A stretch of 53,620 nt of DNA, from positions 1 through 53,620 of IMG/VR virus record IMGVR_UViG_3300032323_001239; one strand, written 5' to 3'. Below, piece by piece: positions 30,531 through 38,607 of this stretch. The stretch comes from a virus (Duplodnaviria; Caudoviricetes). The translations under genes were made by a program, and so were the position numbers. The first letter of the stretch is position 1, and each line of letters opens with the position of its first letter. The notes under the pieces are model-generated. The model ran no database searches. It was given only the letters and a program-made list of their open reading frames with translations, and was not told where the DNA came from.

Positions 30531-31083
30531 CTTAAAGAAGACTCAGGCGAATAGAGTTTTAGGAATAGATGCTTCTACTAACTCTATTGCTTTTTGCTTA
30601 ATGGAAGATGATAAGCCATTAAAGTGGGGTAAGGTTGATATACATGGTCTTGATATATATGAAAAAATTCACGACGCAAAAAACAAAATGCATTCTATGC
30701 TAAATGAATTAAAGTCAGATTACATTGTTGTTGAGGGTGCAGTTTTTGTTAAGTCTGCAGACGCTGTAATTAAACTATCATATGTTTATGGGGTAGTTAT
30801 AGCAGAGCTTATGTCAACTGGGGCAAAGGTTATAACAATAGCACCGTCATCTTGGCAGTCGTACATAGGAAATAAAAATCCTACTAAAGAAGAAAAGCAG
30901 GCTATAAGGGCACAGAACCCAGGCTACGCAGATTCATGGTATCAAAACAAATTAAGAAATATGAGAAAGCAGAGAACTGCTGACTACTTTAATAGAAAGT
31001 ATAATTTAAATGTGGTGGATTTTGACGTTGCAGATAGTTTTGGTATTGCACATTATGCTAACAAAGTATTGACAGAACGATGA
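30517..31083 (+). CDS. ruvC: RuvC-like Holliday junction resolvase
   Basis: VLGIDAS, IVVEG, IAPSSW and DVADSFGIA catalytic motifs. Confidence 0.85.
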   Translation: MTLASLKKTQANRVLGIDASTNSIAFCLMEDDKPLKWGKVDIHGLDIYEKIHDAKNKMHSMLNELKSDYIVVEGAVFVKSADAVIKLSYVYGVVIAELMSTGAKVITIAPSSWQSYIGNKNPTKEEKQAIRAQNPGYADSWYQNKLRNMRKQRTADYFNRKYNLNVVDFDVADSFGIAHYANKVLTER

Positions 31084-31226
31084 AGCTGTATCAAAGTAAA
31101 GATTGGCTATATAGAAGATATATAGTTCAAAAGAAAACGGTAACAGAAATTGCCGATGAGTGTAAAGTCTCTGCTATGACCATACAGAGATATCTAGAAC
31201 AGTTTAAATTAATTAGGAGAAGGTAA
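31080..31226 (+). CDS. Small HTH DNA-binding protein (48 aa; not in ORF track)
   Basis: KTVTEIADECKVSAMTIQRYL helix-turn-helix; overlaps both neighbours. Confidence 0.75.
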   Translation: MKLYQSKDWLYRRYIVQKKTVTEIADECKVSAMTIQRYLEQFKLIRRR

Positions 31227-31558
31227 TGGCGGGCTACCCAAATAAAGACAGCGGATATCAGGCATGGATCACAGACTTGCAGCTAATAGCAACCAGTGCT
31301 CCTTCAGGGCAAAAGATTATTAGACAGTGCCTTGAAATTGCAGAGATGCTTATTCAAAAGAATATATCCTATGGAGACTCAGCACTTAGTCCAATTCGTA
31401 TATTTTCGCAGGCGGATAACCAAGAGCAGATTAAAATACGTATTGATGATAAGATAAATAGAATTAAGAATGGATCTGGCTTTGCTGGAGATAATGATAT
31501 TGACGATATGATAGGATATTTAATCCTTCTTAAGATTGCAAAGGCTAATTCTAATTGA
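31226..31558 (+). CDS. DUF1599 / nucleotide-modification-associated-domain-like protein
   Basis: KNISYGDS..IRIDDKINRI..DDMIGYLILL pattern. Confidence 0.7.
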   Translation: MAGYPNKDSGYQAWITDLQLIATSAPSGQKIIRQCLEIAEMLIQKNISYGDSALSPIRIFSQADNQEQIKIRIDDKINRIKNGSGFAGDNDIDDMIGYLILLKIAKANSN

Positions 31559-31583
31559 CATTTTAGTCGACTAAAAGTATAAT
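31555..31583 (+). promoter_or_regulatory. Consensus promoter with palindromic spacer, producing a leaderless transcript
   Basis: TTGACA-17-TATAAT-6-ATG; the spacer contains the perfect palindrome TTTTAGTCGACTAAAA. Confidence 0.85.
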
Positions 31584-31589
31584 ATATTA

Positions 31590-32126
31590 ATGAGCGAAAT
31601 AGAATTGTCAGATCGTTTTGACAGAATGAACAGGGTTGTTGAAGAGCTTTTAAAAGGTAGTACGCCAACCCAAATTGCAACGATTACAGGCATACAAAGA
31701 AAAGAAGTTCTTGAGCTGATAGACGACTGGAAAGATGTCGTTCATAATGATAGCAACATAAGAGACCGTGCAAGAGAGGCAATCTCTGGTGCGGATCAAC
31801 ACTATGCAATGCTTATTAAAGAGGCTTGGAAGACAGTAGAGGATGCAGATCAGTCTGGTCAACTAGCAGTCAAGTCTGGATCTCTAAAGCTTATCGCTGA
31901 TATAGAAACTAAAAGAATTGCAATGTTGCAGTCTATTGGAGTTCTTGAAAATAATGAGATTGCATCTCAAATTGCAGAGACAGAGCGTAAGCAAGATATA
32001 CTTGTTAAGATTTTAAAAGAAGTAACTTCAACATGCCCTAAGTGCAAGATGGATGTTGCTAAAAGGTTATCTCAGATAACTGGAGTAGTTGAGTCAGTTC
32101 CAGTAGAGGAATCCGATGTCGTTTGA
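31590..32126 (+). CDS. Putative terminase small subunit (N-terminal HTH)
   Basis: GSTPTQIATITGIQRKEV HTH; directly upstream of and overlapping terL. Confidence 0.65.
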   Translation: MSEIELSDRFDRMNRVVEELLKGSTPTQIATITGIQRKEVLELIDDWKDVVHNDSNIRDRAREAISGADQHYAMLIKEAWKTVEDADQSGQLAVKSGSLKLIADIETKRIAMLQSIGVLENNEIASQIAETERKQDILVKILKEVTSTCPKCKMDVAKRLSQITGVVESVPVEESDVV

Positions 32127-33918
32127 GTTTACAGACCTTATCGACATGCTTGACGGGGAGGAGTTCGATGAAAAACCAGTCGATCTTAGAACGTTTGTTA
32201 GAAGTCCAGAATACCTTGGGCTTCCAGAACTTTCCGACTACCAGTACACGCTTATTGAAAAAAGTTCTCAAATCTACAAAGAAGCAACACTTGTCAAACT
32301 ATTTGGAGAAGAAGAGGGACGAGTAAGGTTTAAGCAAACTGCAAATGAAGTAGTTGCTCAGCTCGGCAAAGGATCTGGAAAAGATTACTGCTCTACTATT
32401 GCTGTTGCATATATTGTATACTTATTGCTGTGCCTAAAAGATCCAGCAACTTATTATGGAAAGCCTCCAGGGGACAGCATTGATATTATTAACATTGCTA
32501 TCAACTCTCAACAGGCAAGCAACGTTTTCTTTAAAGGCTTCAAGACAAGAATTGAAAAGTCCCCTTGGTTTGCAGGTAGATACACAGATAAAGCAGCTGA
32601 GGTTAAGTTTGATAAAGCAATCACAGTCCACTCTGGCCACTCTGAGCGTGAAGCTTGGGAAGGCTATAACGTTATTGTTGTTATCCTTGACGAAATTTCA
32701 GGATTCGCAATCGAAAATACAACTGGGCATGATCAGGCAAAAACGGGTGCCGCCATATATGACATGTACCGTGCATCAGTAGACTCCCGCTTTCCAGATT
32801 TTGGTAAAGTAATTCTTCTATCCTTTCCTAGATATAAAAATGACTACATTCAGCAAAGATATAATGCTGTAGTTGCAGACGTCGAAACAATTGTTCGTGA
32901 TTATAAGTTTAAAATGGATGAAGATTTGCCAGATGGAACACAGGGAAATGAATTTGAAATTCAGTGGGAAGAAGATCATATTCTTTCTTACAAGATCCCT
33001 AGAGTATATGCTTTAAAGAGGCCTACATGGGAAGTTAACCCAGTAAGAAAGATAGATGATTTTAAGGTTGCATTTTTTACAAACCCTCTTGACGCTCTTT
33101 CAAGATTTGCTTGCATGCCACCAGATGCCGTAGATGCATTCTTTAAGTCAAGAGAAAAAGTAGAGAAAGCTTTTAACAAAGCGCACCTAGCTGTAGATAA
33201 CTTTGGTAGACTAGAAGAATGGTTTATACCAGATCCAGATAAAGAATATTTTATACATGTTGACCTTGCTCAAAAGCATGACCATTGTGCAGTTGCAATG
33301 GCACATGTTAATAAATGGGTTAACGTAAAGGTAACAGATACATACTCTCAGCCAGCACCAATTGTTGAAATAGATGCAGTTAGATTCTGGACGCCAACAA
33401 AAGATAAGTCTGTAGACTTTACCGAAGTAAAAGATTATATTCTTTCATTAAAAACACGAGGATTTAAAATTCGTGTATGTACCTTTGACAGATGGAATTC
33501 ACATGATATGATGCAACAACTAAAACAATATGGCATCAATACAGAAATTCTATCTGTCGCTAAAAAGCACTACGACGATATGGCAATGGTTGTAGCAGAA
33601 GAGAGAGTGGTTGGACCACATATTCCTTTATTAATTGATGAACTATTACAATTAAGAATTATGAGAGATAAGGTAGACCACCCACGAAAAGGCTCTAAGG
33701 ACTTGGCGGACGCAGTATGTGGATCAATCTATAACGCAATAAGTAGAAGTAAATTTGATTCTAATCAGGAAGTAAATATTCATACTTACGAATCAATGAG
33801 CTATGACAATGATTTTGGAACAGCAGCAGATGGAGAAACAAGTTCCTATAACTTAATTAGGGCTCCAAGAATGCCAGAAAACTTAAAGGACGCAATGGAC
33901 AGGATGCAAATAATATGA
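32116..33918 (+). CDS. terL: Terminase large subunit
   Basis: Walker A LGKGSGKD, Walker B VILDEISG, coupling motif LLSFP; nuclease motifs HVDLA, FDRWNS and KDLADA. Confidence 0.92.
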   Translation: MSFEFTDLIDMLDGEEFDEKPVDLRTFVRSPEYLGLPELSDYQYTLIEKSSQIYKEATLVKLFGEEEGRVRFKQTANEVVAQLGKGSGKDYCSTIAVAYIVYLLLCLKDPATYYGKPPGDSIDIINIAINSQQASNVFFKGFKTRIEKSPWFAGRYTDKAAEVKFDKAITVHSGHSEREAWEGYNVIVVILDEISGFAIENTTGHDQAKTGAAIYDMYRASVDSRFPDFGKVILLSFPRYKNDYIQQRYNAVVADVETIVRDYKFKMDEDLPDGTQGNEFEIQWEEDHILSYKIPRVYALKRPTWEVNPVRKIDDFKVAFFTNPLDALSRFACMPPDAVDAFFKSREKVEKAFNKAHLAVDNFGRLEEWFIPDPDKEYFIHVDLAQKHDHCAVAMAHVNKWVNVKVTDTYSQPAPIVEIDAVRFWTPTKDKSVDFTEVKDYILSLKTRGFKIRVCTFDRWNSHDMMQQLKQYGINTEILSVAKKHYDDMAMVVAEERVVGPHIPLLIDELLQLRIMRDKVDHPRKGSKDLADAVCGSIYNAISRSKFDSNQEVNIHTYESMSYDNDFGTAADGETSSYNLIRAPRMPENLKDAMDRMQII

Positions 33919-34163
33919 GTACGTATCAAGAAAAAGCAAAAGAATGTAAGTGTTGTGGCAAGCATGTTCCGCTTCCTACTGTGTTAAAAGAATATAATGG
34001 AATAGTTCTTTGTCCAACCACATTCTCTAATGTAATTGAATATAAAAGAATTTGGAAAGCTTCTGGGGTACGCCCAATGGGCAACATAAGAAAACATTTT
34101 TCAGAGTATGTACAGCAAATAGTTGAAGAAACTATTGACAAAAATGAAGACGGCACGTTATAA
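33915..34163 (+). CDS. Hypothetical zinc-binding protein
   Basis: CKCCG..LCPT; coupled to terL. Confidence 0.6.
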   Translation: MSTYQEKAKECKCCGKHVPLPTVLKEYNGIVLCPTTFSNVIEYKRIWKASGVRPMGNIRKHFSEYVQQIVEETIDKNEDGTL

Positions 34164-34174
34164 TATACCACTAG

Positions 34175-34248
34175 GCAACATTAGCTTAGTCGGTTAAAGC
34201 CCCGAACTCATAATTCGGTAATCGTAGGTTCAAGTCCTACATGTTGCA
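34175..34248 (+). tRNA. tRNA-CAT (elongator Met or lysidine-Ile2)
   Basis: Acceptor GCAACAT/ATGTTGC, anticodon arm CCGAA-CTCATAA-TTCGG, T arm GTAGG-TTCAAGT-CCTAC; promoter TTGACA..TATAAT upstream. Confidence 0.9.
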
Positions 34249-34260
34249 CAAGGAGACAAT

Positions 34261-34581
34261 ATGAATGAAGATGAAGAAAACGATGCAAAGCTAGCGTATT
34301 ATTTAGAAATTGGTGCAGTGAATTTTGAGGGCGTAGATGAAAATGGAGAAATAATATATTCAATTAGTGAAGATGCCAAAGAGATAGCACCAGAACTATG
34401 GCAATCTCATATAGATTATATAGATAGATCTCTAATGGATTTGTATGAAAAGGGTCTTGCTCAAATTGAATATAATGAAGATCTAGAAGCAATTGTTAGC
34501 TTAAGTCCAGAGGGCCATAGACTTGCAAGGGAAATGGGTTTAATAGAAATGGATTTAGATACGGATATACCAAACGATTGA
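34261..34581 (+). CDS. Hypothetical acidic protein inside the tRNA cluster
   Basis: ORF with SD AAGGAG. Confidence 0.7.
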   Translation: MNEDEENDAKLAYYLEIGAVNFEGVDENGEIIYSISEDAKEIAPELWQSHIDYIDRSLMDLYEKGLAQIEYNEDLEAIVSLSPEGHRLAREMGLIEMDLDTDIPND

Positions 34582-34585
34582 AAAT

Positions 34586-34658
34586 GCCTTCGTAGCTCAG
34601 AGGACAGAGCAGGACTCTTCTAAGGTCTTGGTCGCAGGTTCGACTCCTGCCGAGGGCG
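34586..34658 (+). tRNA. tRNA-Arg(TCT)
   Basis: Acceptor GCCTTCG/CGAGGGC; anticodon loop CT-TCT-AA; T loop TTCGACT. Confidence 0.92.
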
Positions 34659-34663
34659 CAAAG

Positions 34664-34736
34664 GTCCTTATAGCCCAGCGGTAGAGGCGGTAGACTTAAA
34701 ATCTATACAGCGTTGGTTCGAATCCAACTAGGGACA
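34664..34736 (+). tRNA. tRNA-Leu(TAA), short variable arm
   Basis: Acceptor GTCCTTA/TAGGGAC; GTAGA-CTTAAAA-TCTAT; 5-nt variable loop; T loop TTCGAAT. Confidence 0.9.
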
Positions 34737-34744
34737 CGTAACAT

Positions 34745-34818
34745 GCGGATGTTGCATATTGGTAGTGCCTCTGCCTTCCAAGCAGAAGGGGTGAGTTCGA
34801 TTCTCATCATCCGCTCCA
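34745..34818 (+). tRNA. tRNA-Gly(TCC) with encoded CCA
   Basis: Acceptor GCGGATG/CATCCGC, discriminator T followed by CCA; TCTGC-CTTCCAA-GCAGA. Confidence 0.92.
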
Positions 34819-34891
34819 AAATTTGATATAATAGTATTAGGTCGCCAATAGGGGCCTATAAATTAACTTATTCGCTTGAAAGGGGAATAAA

Positions 34892-35314
34892 ATGGTACAA
34901 ACATATACATGGGATCTTTTTAAGGATCCTTTTTTTATTGGATTCGATAGAGCTTTAGATACATGGAGCCACGCTCAAACAGTATCAAGTGCAACTAATT
35001 ATCCACCATATAACGTAATCAAGGTAGACGAAGACAACTTTGTTGTCGAACTAGCAGTTGCTGGATTTGCTAAAACAGATATTGATGTATCGACAGCAGA
35101 CGGCAAACTCACCGTAAAGGGAGAATTAAACACAGAGGATAACGATTCGAAGTTTATCCACCGTGGAATTGCTGCCCGTAAATTTACTCGTGAGTGGGCA
35201 CTTGGTGAATATATGGAAGTAAAGGCAGCGGAACTAAAGGATGGAATGCTTAAGATTGATATTGTACGCATCCTGCCAGAAGAGAAGAAGCCGAAGACTA
35301 TCAAGATCAAATAA
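34892..35314 (+). CDS. hsp20: Small heat-shock protein (Hsp20/IbpA family)
   Basis: NYPPYNVIK, ELAVAGF, IHRGIAARKF and LKDGML motifs; C-terminal IxI. Confidence 0.95.
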   Translation: MVQTYTWDLFKDPFFIGFDRALDTWSHAQTVSSATNYPPYNVIKVDEDNFVVELAVAGFAKTDIDVSTADGKLTVKGELNTEDNDSKFIHRGIAARKFTREWALGEYMEVKAAELKDGMLKIDIVRILPEEKKPKTIKIK

Positions 35315-35327
35315 ATAGTATAATAGA

Positions 35328-35388
35328 AATCTGCACCCCGTCACTGGGGAGTCGCAGATTGGACCTGAGCATGTCCTCAAACTGCTCA
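35328..35388 (+). ncRNA. Candidate structured RNA (hairpin + H-type pseudoknot)
   Basis: AATCTGC/GCAGATT stem with inner CCCCG/TGGGG, then a GGAC/GTCC stem whose loop TGAGCA pairs with downstream TGCTCA; TATAAT at 35319. Confidence 0.5.
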
Positions 35389-35408
35389 TTATTAATGAGA
35401 GGCACAAA

Positions 35409-35816
35409 ATGTTTGAATACTATGTAAAGAAAGTAAGTAAGATTGTTGATGGAGACACTATTGACGTAGATATAGATCTTGGCTTCGACATTTCATTTAG
35501 CTCACGAGTCAGGTTGGCGGGAATAGATACACCAGAAAGTCGTACTACGGATAAAATGGAAAAAACATTGGGCCTAGAGTCTAAAGATTATCTTAAGAAA
35601 GCAATTGATGCATCTAAAACTGTTGTAATCAAAACAGAAAAGATGGATTCATCTGAAAAATACGGAAGAATATTAGGCTGGGTATTCCTAGACGGATCAG
35701 ACGTTTCAATAAATCAAAAAATGATTGACGATGGATATGCTTGGGGATACATGGGAGAAACTAAAGTAAAAGACTTTGTTGCTCTTGCGGAAAAGAGAAA
35801 AAGTAGAGGTAAGTAA
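35409..35816 (+). CDS. Thermonuclease (SNase-like)
   Basis: IVDGDTID, RVRLAGIDTPE and KYGRILG motifs. Confidence 0.92.
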   Translation: MFEYYVKKVSKIVDGDTIDVDIDLGFDISFSSRVRLAGIDTPESRTTDKMEKTLGLESKDYLKKAIDASKTVVIKTEKMDSSEKYGRILGWVFLDGSDVSINQKMIDDGYAWGYMGETKVKDFVALAEKRKSRGK

Positions 35817-36004
35817 TGCCTGTATACGAATACAAGTGCTCATATGATGATGCACATGCGACAATGTCTGTTCATAGATCAATTAATGATGATGACCCAG
35901 GATACACTTGTGTAGAGTGTGAGGCGGATATGACAAGACACTTCACTCCATTTGGAATACAGTTTAAAGGCAATGGGTTCTATAAGACTGATAATCCTAA
36001 ATAA
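35816..36004 (+). CDS. FmdB-family zinc-ribbon protein
   Basis: MPVYEYKC..CVEC..IQFKGNGFYKTD. Confidence 0.85.
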   Translation: MPVYEYKCSYDDAHATMSVHRSINDDDPGYTCVECEADMTRHFTPFGIQFKGNGFYKTDNPK

Positions 36005-36043
36005 GGTATACTATAGGTAGGGCAACCCCCAATAGGAGTCATT

Positions 36044-36304
36044 ATGCTAAGAACTAGAAATTTAACTTTAACAGCAACACCAGCACTTTTAACTACAACT
36101 GATGAGGTAGAAACACATAATACTATTTCAGTACAGAATACCGATCCTGCAGAGTACGCATGGATTGGCTCTGAATCAGTAACAGATTCCTCCTATGGAA
36201 TTCAACTATCACCTGGCCAGGTATGGAGTGCCGACCTTGGCCCTTACGACAAGCTATACGCAGTTGGTGCTGCAACAATTTCTGTTTTAATATTGGAGAG
36301 ATAA
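36044..36304 (+). CDS. Putative small structural protein
   Basis: ISVQN..WIG..V....GIQL.PG beta-sandwich pattern; directly upstream of a fibre-like gene. Confidence 0.5.
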   Translation: MLRTRNLTLTATPALLTTTDEVETHNTISVQNTDPAEYAWIGSESVTDSSYGIQLSPGQVWSADLGPYDKLYAVGAATISVLILER

Positions 36305-36305
36305 G

Positions 36306-38534
36306 ATGCCGTTTAACATTACATCAACAGGCGGTTCTGGCGACGGAGCTCCAGGTCCTAGAGGACTACAGGGTTTACCAGGAGCCGACGCTCTTTGGAA
36401 TTATGTTGGAGCGTATAGTGGTGGTGCATCATATGCAGTTGGAGATATTGTAACATACGACGGACAACTTTGGTACCGTGCTAATGCAAACGGTGGAAAT
36501 GTTGGAGACACGCCTTCACAAGGATTTATCTGGAACCTGCTTGCCGCAAAAGGGGAAGATGGAGTGGATGGCTCTGGCGGACTTGTATATCTAGGAAACT
36601 ATGTTTTAGGTAATGGTTACGTTGCAAACCTTGCAATTGTAAAAGGAAGCGACAATAATTTATATATTGCAAAATCAAGTGGCGGTTTAGCAGATCCAGT
36701 TGGTAACACTGCAGAGTGGGATATTTTTTCCAACAATGCTGGCGGTACCGCAGATCTTGGAGACTTCCAATTTACTGCAGCAACCGCTAATGTTAATAAC
36801 TCACAAAATTTAAGATTAGAATCTAGAAGATGGGATGGAACACAAGCTTCTGCTTTAACTCTTGACCCAGGTGATCCTTCTGCAAGTCTGAGTGCGACTA
36901 ATATGCAGGGTCAGTCCTTTAGCGAGCTATGGACTCAGGCCACTTGGAGCGGAGAAACGGTTGATATTTTAGATACCCCAGAGATTATTAATTTCTTAAA
37001 TGAAATAACTTCATACGCAAGTGTACGACGTGTTATTATCAACGAAAACGCACCGATTAATGTTACTAGTTTCGGTTGGACTACAACAAATGTTCAGTTT
37101 GGAGTTGCTCTGCCAGCTGAAGAACTAACACCAATAACAGACATTACATTTATATATGAATTTACATCTCAAGTACGTCTTGATTATGATAATGGTGCCA
37201 TCGATATTTCTGGAAACGGAATGAATATCAACCTTACAACTACACAGTCAAGAGACATTAATCTTACCTCTGCCGACGATATTAACATAATCTCCTCCGA
37301 CGATGCTACTCTCAGAGCATCTGGAGATGACTTAAATCTTCATGCAGGGGACGACATTCGTTTTATTTCATCATGGGATAATGCCGATCATTCATGGACA
37401 ATGGATTCGGAAGGAAGACTACAACTTCCAGGTAACGGTTACATTGAAAACCCTAAAGACTCATCTGGGGATGGATATGAAAATGATACTATAAAGATAG
37501 TTCCAGATAGTCTTTTGGAGTCAGATCAATATTTAATAATTGATCCTACAGCTCCAAACCACATTCATATTCGTGCTGGTGGTGTTCAAGATTACTCTAA
37601 TGCAGAACTTATCCTTGGTGGCGAAAGAGCAGGAGTGCATGTATCTGATCCAGCTGGGGATGTATGGGTTCAGACAAAGAAAGAAGACTACCACTGGTCT
37701 TGGCAAAATGTAAACCCTAATGATGGAACTACATACATTACAAGCTCATCTATGTCAGAACCAGATATTGGTGACTTTACAGTTCAGAATGGCATTAAGT
37801 ATACAATCACTAGTGTATCTAGAGATGAACCAAACGGAAACACTGCATACATGGCAACAGGAAGCAATGGAGAACTTCTAAACTTTGTTTCTCTTGCATA
37901 TTATACATTTACTAGAGACAATGGTAATTACGCTTGGAGATTTGAGGCTATTGATGATGCCCCAGCTCTTGTTCTTCCGCCAGAAGAGCCAGTAATTGTA
38001 AACATGGCAGTACCAGGAGATATTACTCTTAGTGCGTATAACGGAATTAAAATTGCAGCTTCATCAGGATTTGGAATTGAATTCCCTGATGAAACAATTC
38101 AAACAACAGCTTACATTCCAGGTGGAGATGCTCCAGTAGAAACACTATTTACAGTAAATGGTGGAACTACTGCAGCACAACCAACATTTAATGGGACTCC
38201 ACTATTTAGCGGAAGCTATGTTAGAACTGGTCAGTTAGTACACTTTCAAATACAGGTAGATATGGATAACATATCTGACTTCGGTACTGGACAATACTAT
38301 GTTGATCTACCATTTGCTGCGAAATATAACTATACCTTTAAAGATGGTAGTCTAATCGATGCTTCATCAAACGATAGGCACAATATTGGTGGATATGTTA
38401 CTGCAAACACAGAAAGAATCTTTTTAACATTTACTGACTCTTCTGGTCACGATGCTATTTTTGATTATAACAGTCCAGTAGTATTAAATTCTGCAGATAG
38501 TTTTTATATTTCTGGAACATATATAGCTAGCTAA
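36306..38534 (+). CDS. Fibre-like virion protein (short collagen repeat, carbohydrate-binding-like modules, beta-helical repeats)
   Basis: GAPGPRGLQGLPG; YSGGASYAVGDIVTYDGQLWY; INLTSADDINIISSDDATLRASGDDLNLHAGDDI; C-terminal GSYVRTGQLVHFQI..YYVDLPF fibre-tip pattern. Confidence 0.7.
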   Translation: MPFNITSTGGSGDGAPGPRGLQGLPGADALWNYVGAYSGGASYAVGDIVTYDGQLWYRANANGGNVGDTPSQGFIWNLLAAKGEDGVDGSGGLVYLGNYVLGNGYVANLAIVKGSDNNLYIAKSSGGLADPVGNTAEWDIFSNNAGGTADLGDFQFTAATANVNNSQNLRLESRRWDGTQASALTLDPGDPSASLSATNMQGQSFSELWTQATWSGETVDILDTPEIINFLNEITSYASVRRVIINENAPINVTSFGWTTTNVQFGVALPAEELTPITDITFIYEFTSQVRLDYDNGAIDISGNGMNINLTTTQSRDINLTSADDINIISSDDATLRASGDDLNLHAGDDIRFISSWDNADHSWTMDSEGRLQLPGNGYIENPKDSSGDGYENDTIKIVPDSLLESDQYLIIDPTAPNHIHIRAGGVQDYSNAELILGGERAGVHVSDPAGDVWVQTKKEDYHWSWQNVNPNDGTTYITSSSMSEPDIGDFTVQNGIKYTITSVSRDEPNGNTAYMATGSNGELLNFVSLAYYTFTRDNGNYAWRFEAIDDAPALVLPPEEPVIVNMAVPGDITLSAYNGIKIAASSGFGIEFPDETIQTTAYIPGGDAPVETLFTVNGGTTAAQPTFNGTPLFSGSYVRTGQLVHFQIQVDMDNISDFGTGQYYVDLPFAAKYNYTFKDGSLIDASSNDRHNIGGYVTANTERIFLTFTDSSGHDAIFDYNSPVVLNSADSFYISGTYIAS

Positions 38535-38607
38535 GTTTAATTAAACTAATATATCTGGTATAATTAATAAGTAAGCAAACATATTGCATTACTTAGGAGA
38601 TACCTAG

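Noticed and set aside
20083-33918. Inteins or introns in DnaB, DnaE, RecA or TerL
   Set aside because: Lengths are normal, motifs are contiguous, and no C..HN splice junctions or LAGLIDADG blocks were seen.
975-33918. Stop-codon reassignment or a suppressor tRNA
   Set aside because: Long genes are intact in the standard code, TAA, TGA and TAG all end genes, and no tRNA with a stop-reading anticodon was found (anticodon TAA reads Leu TTA).
34249-34840. tRNA-associated HDV-like ribozymes or an attP/integration site near the tRNAs
   Set aside because: Spacers between the clustered tRNAs are only a few nt and no nested double pseudoknot was found by eye. There is no integrase in the window.
14414-38534. 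Diversity-generating retroelement targeting the fibre genes
   Set aside because: No reverse transcriptase and no near-identical template/variable repeat pair was noticed.
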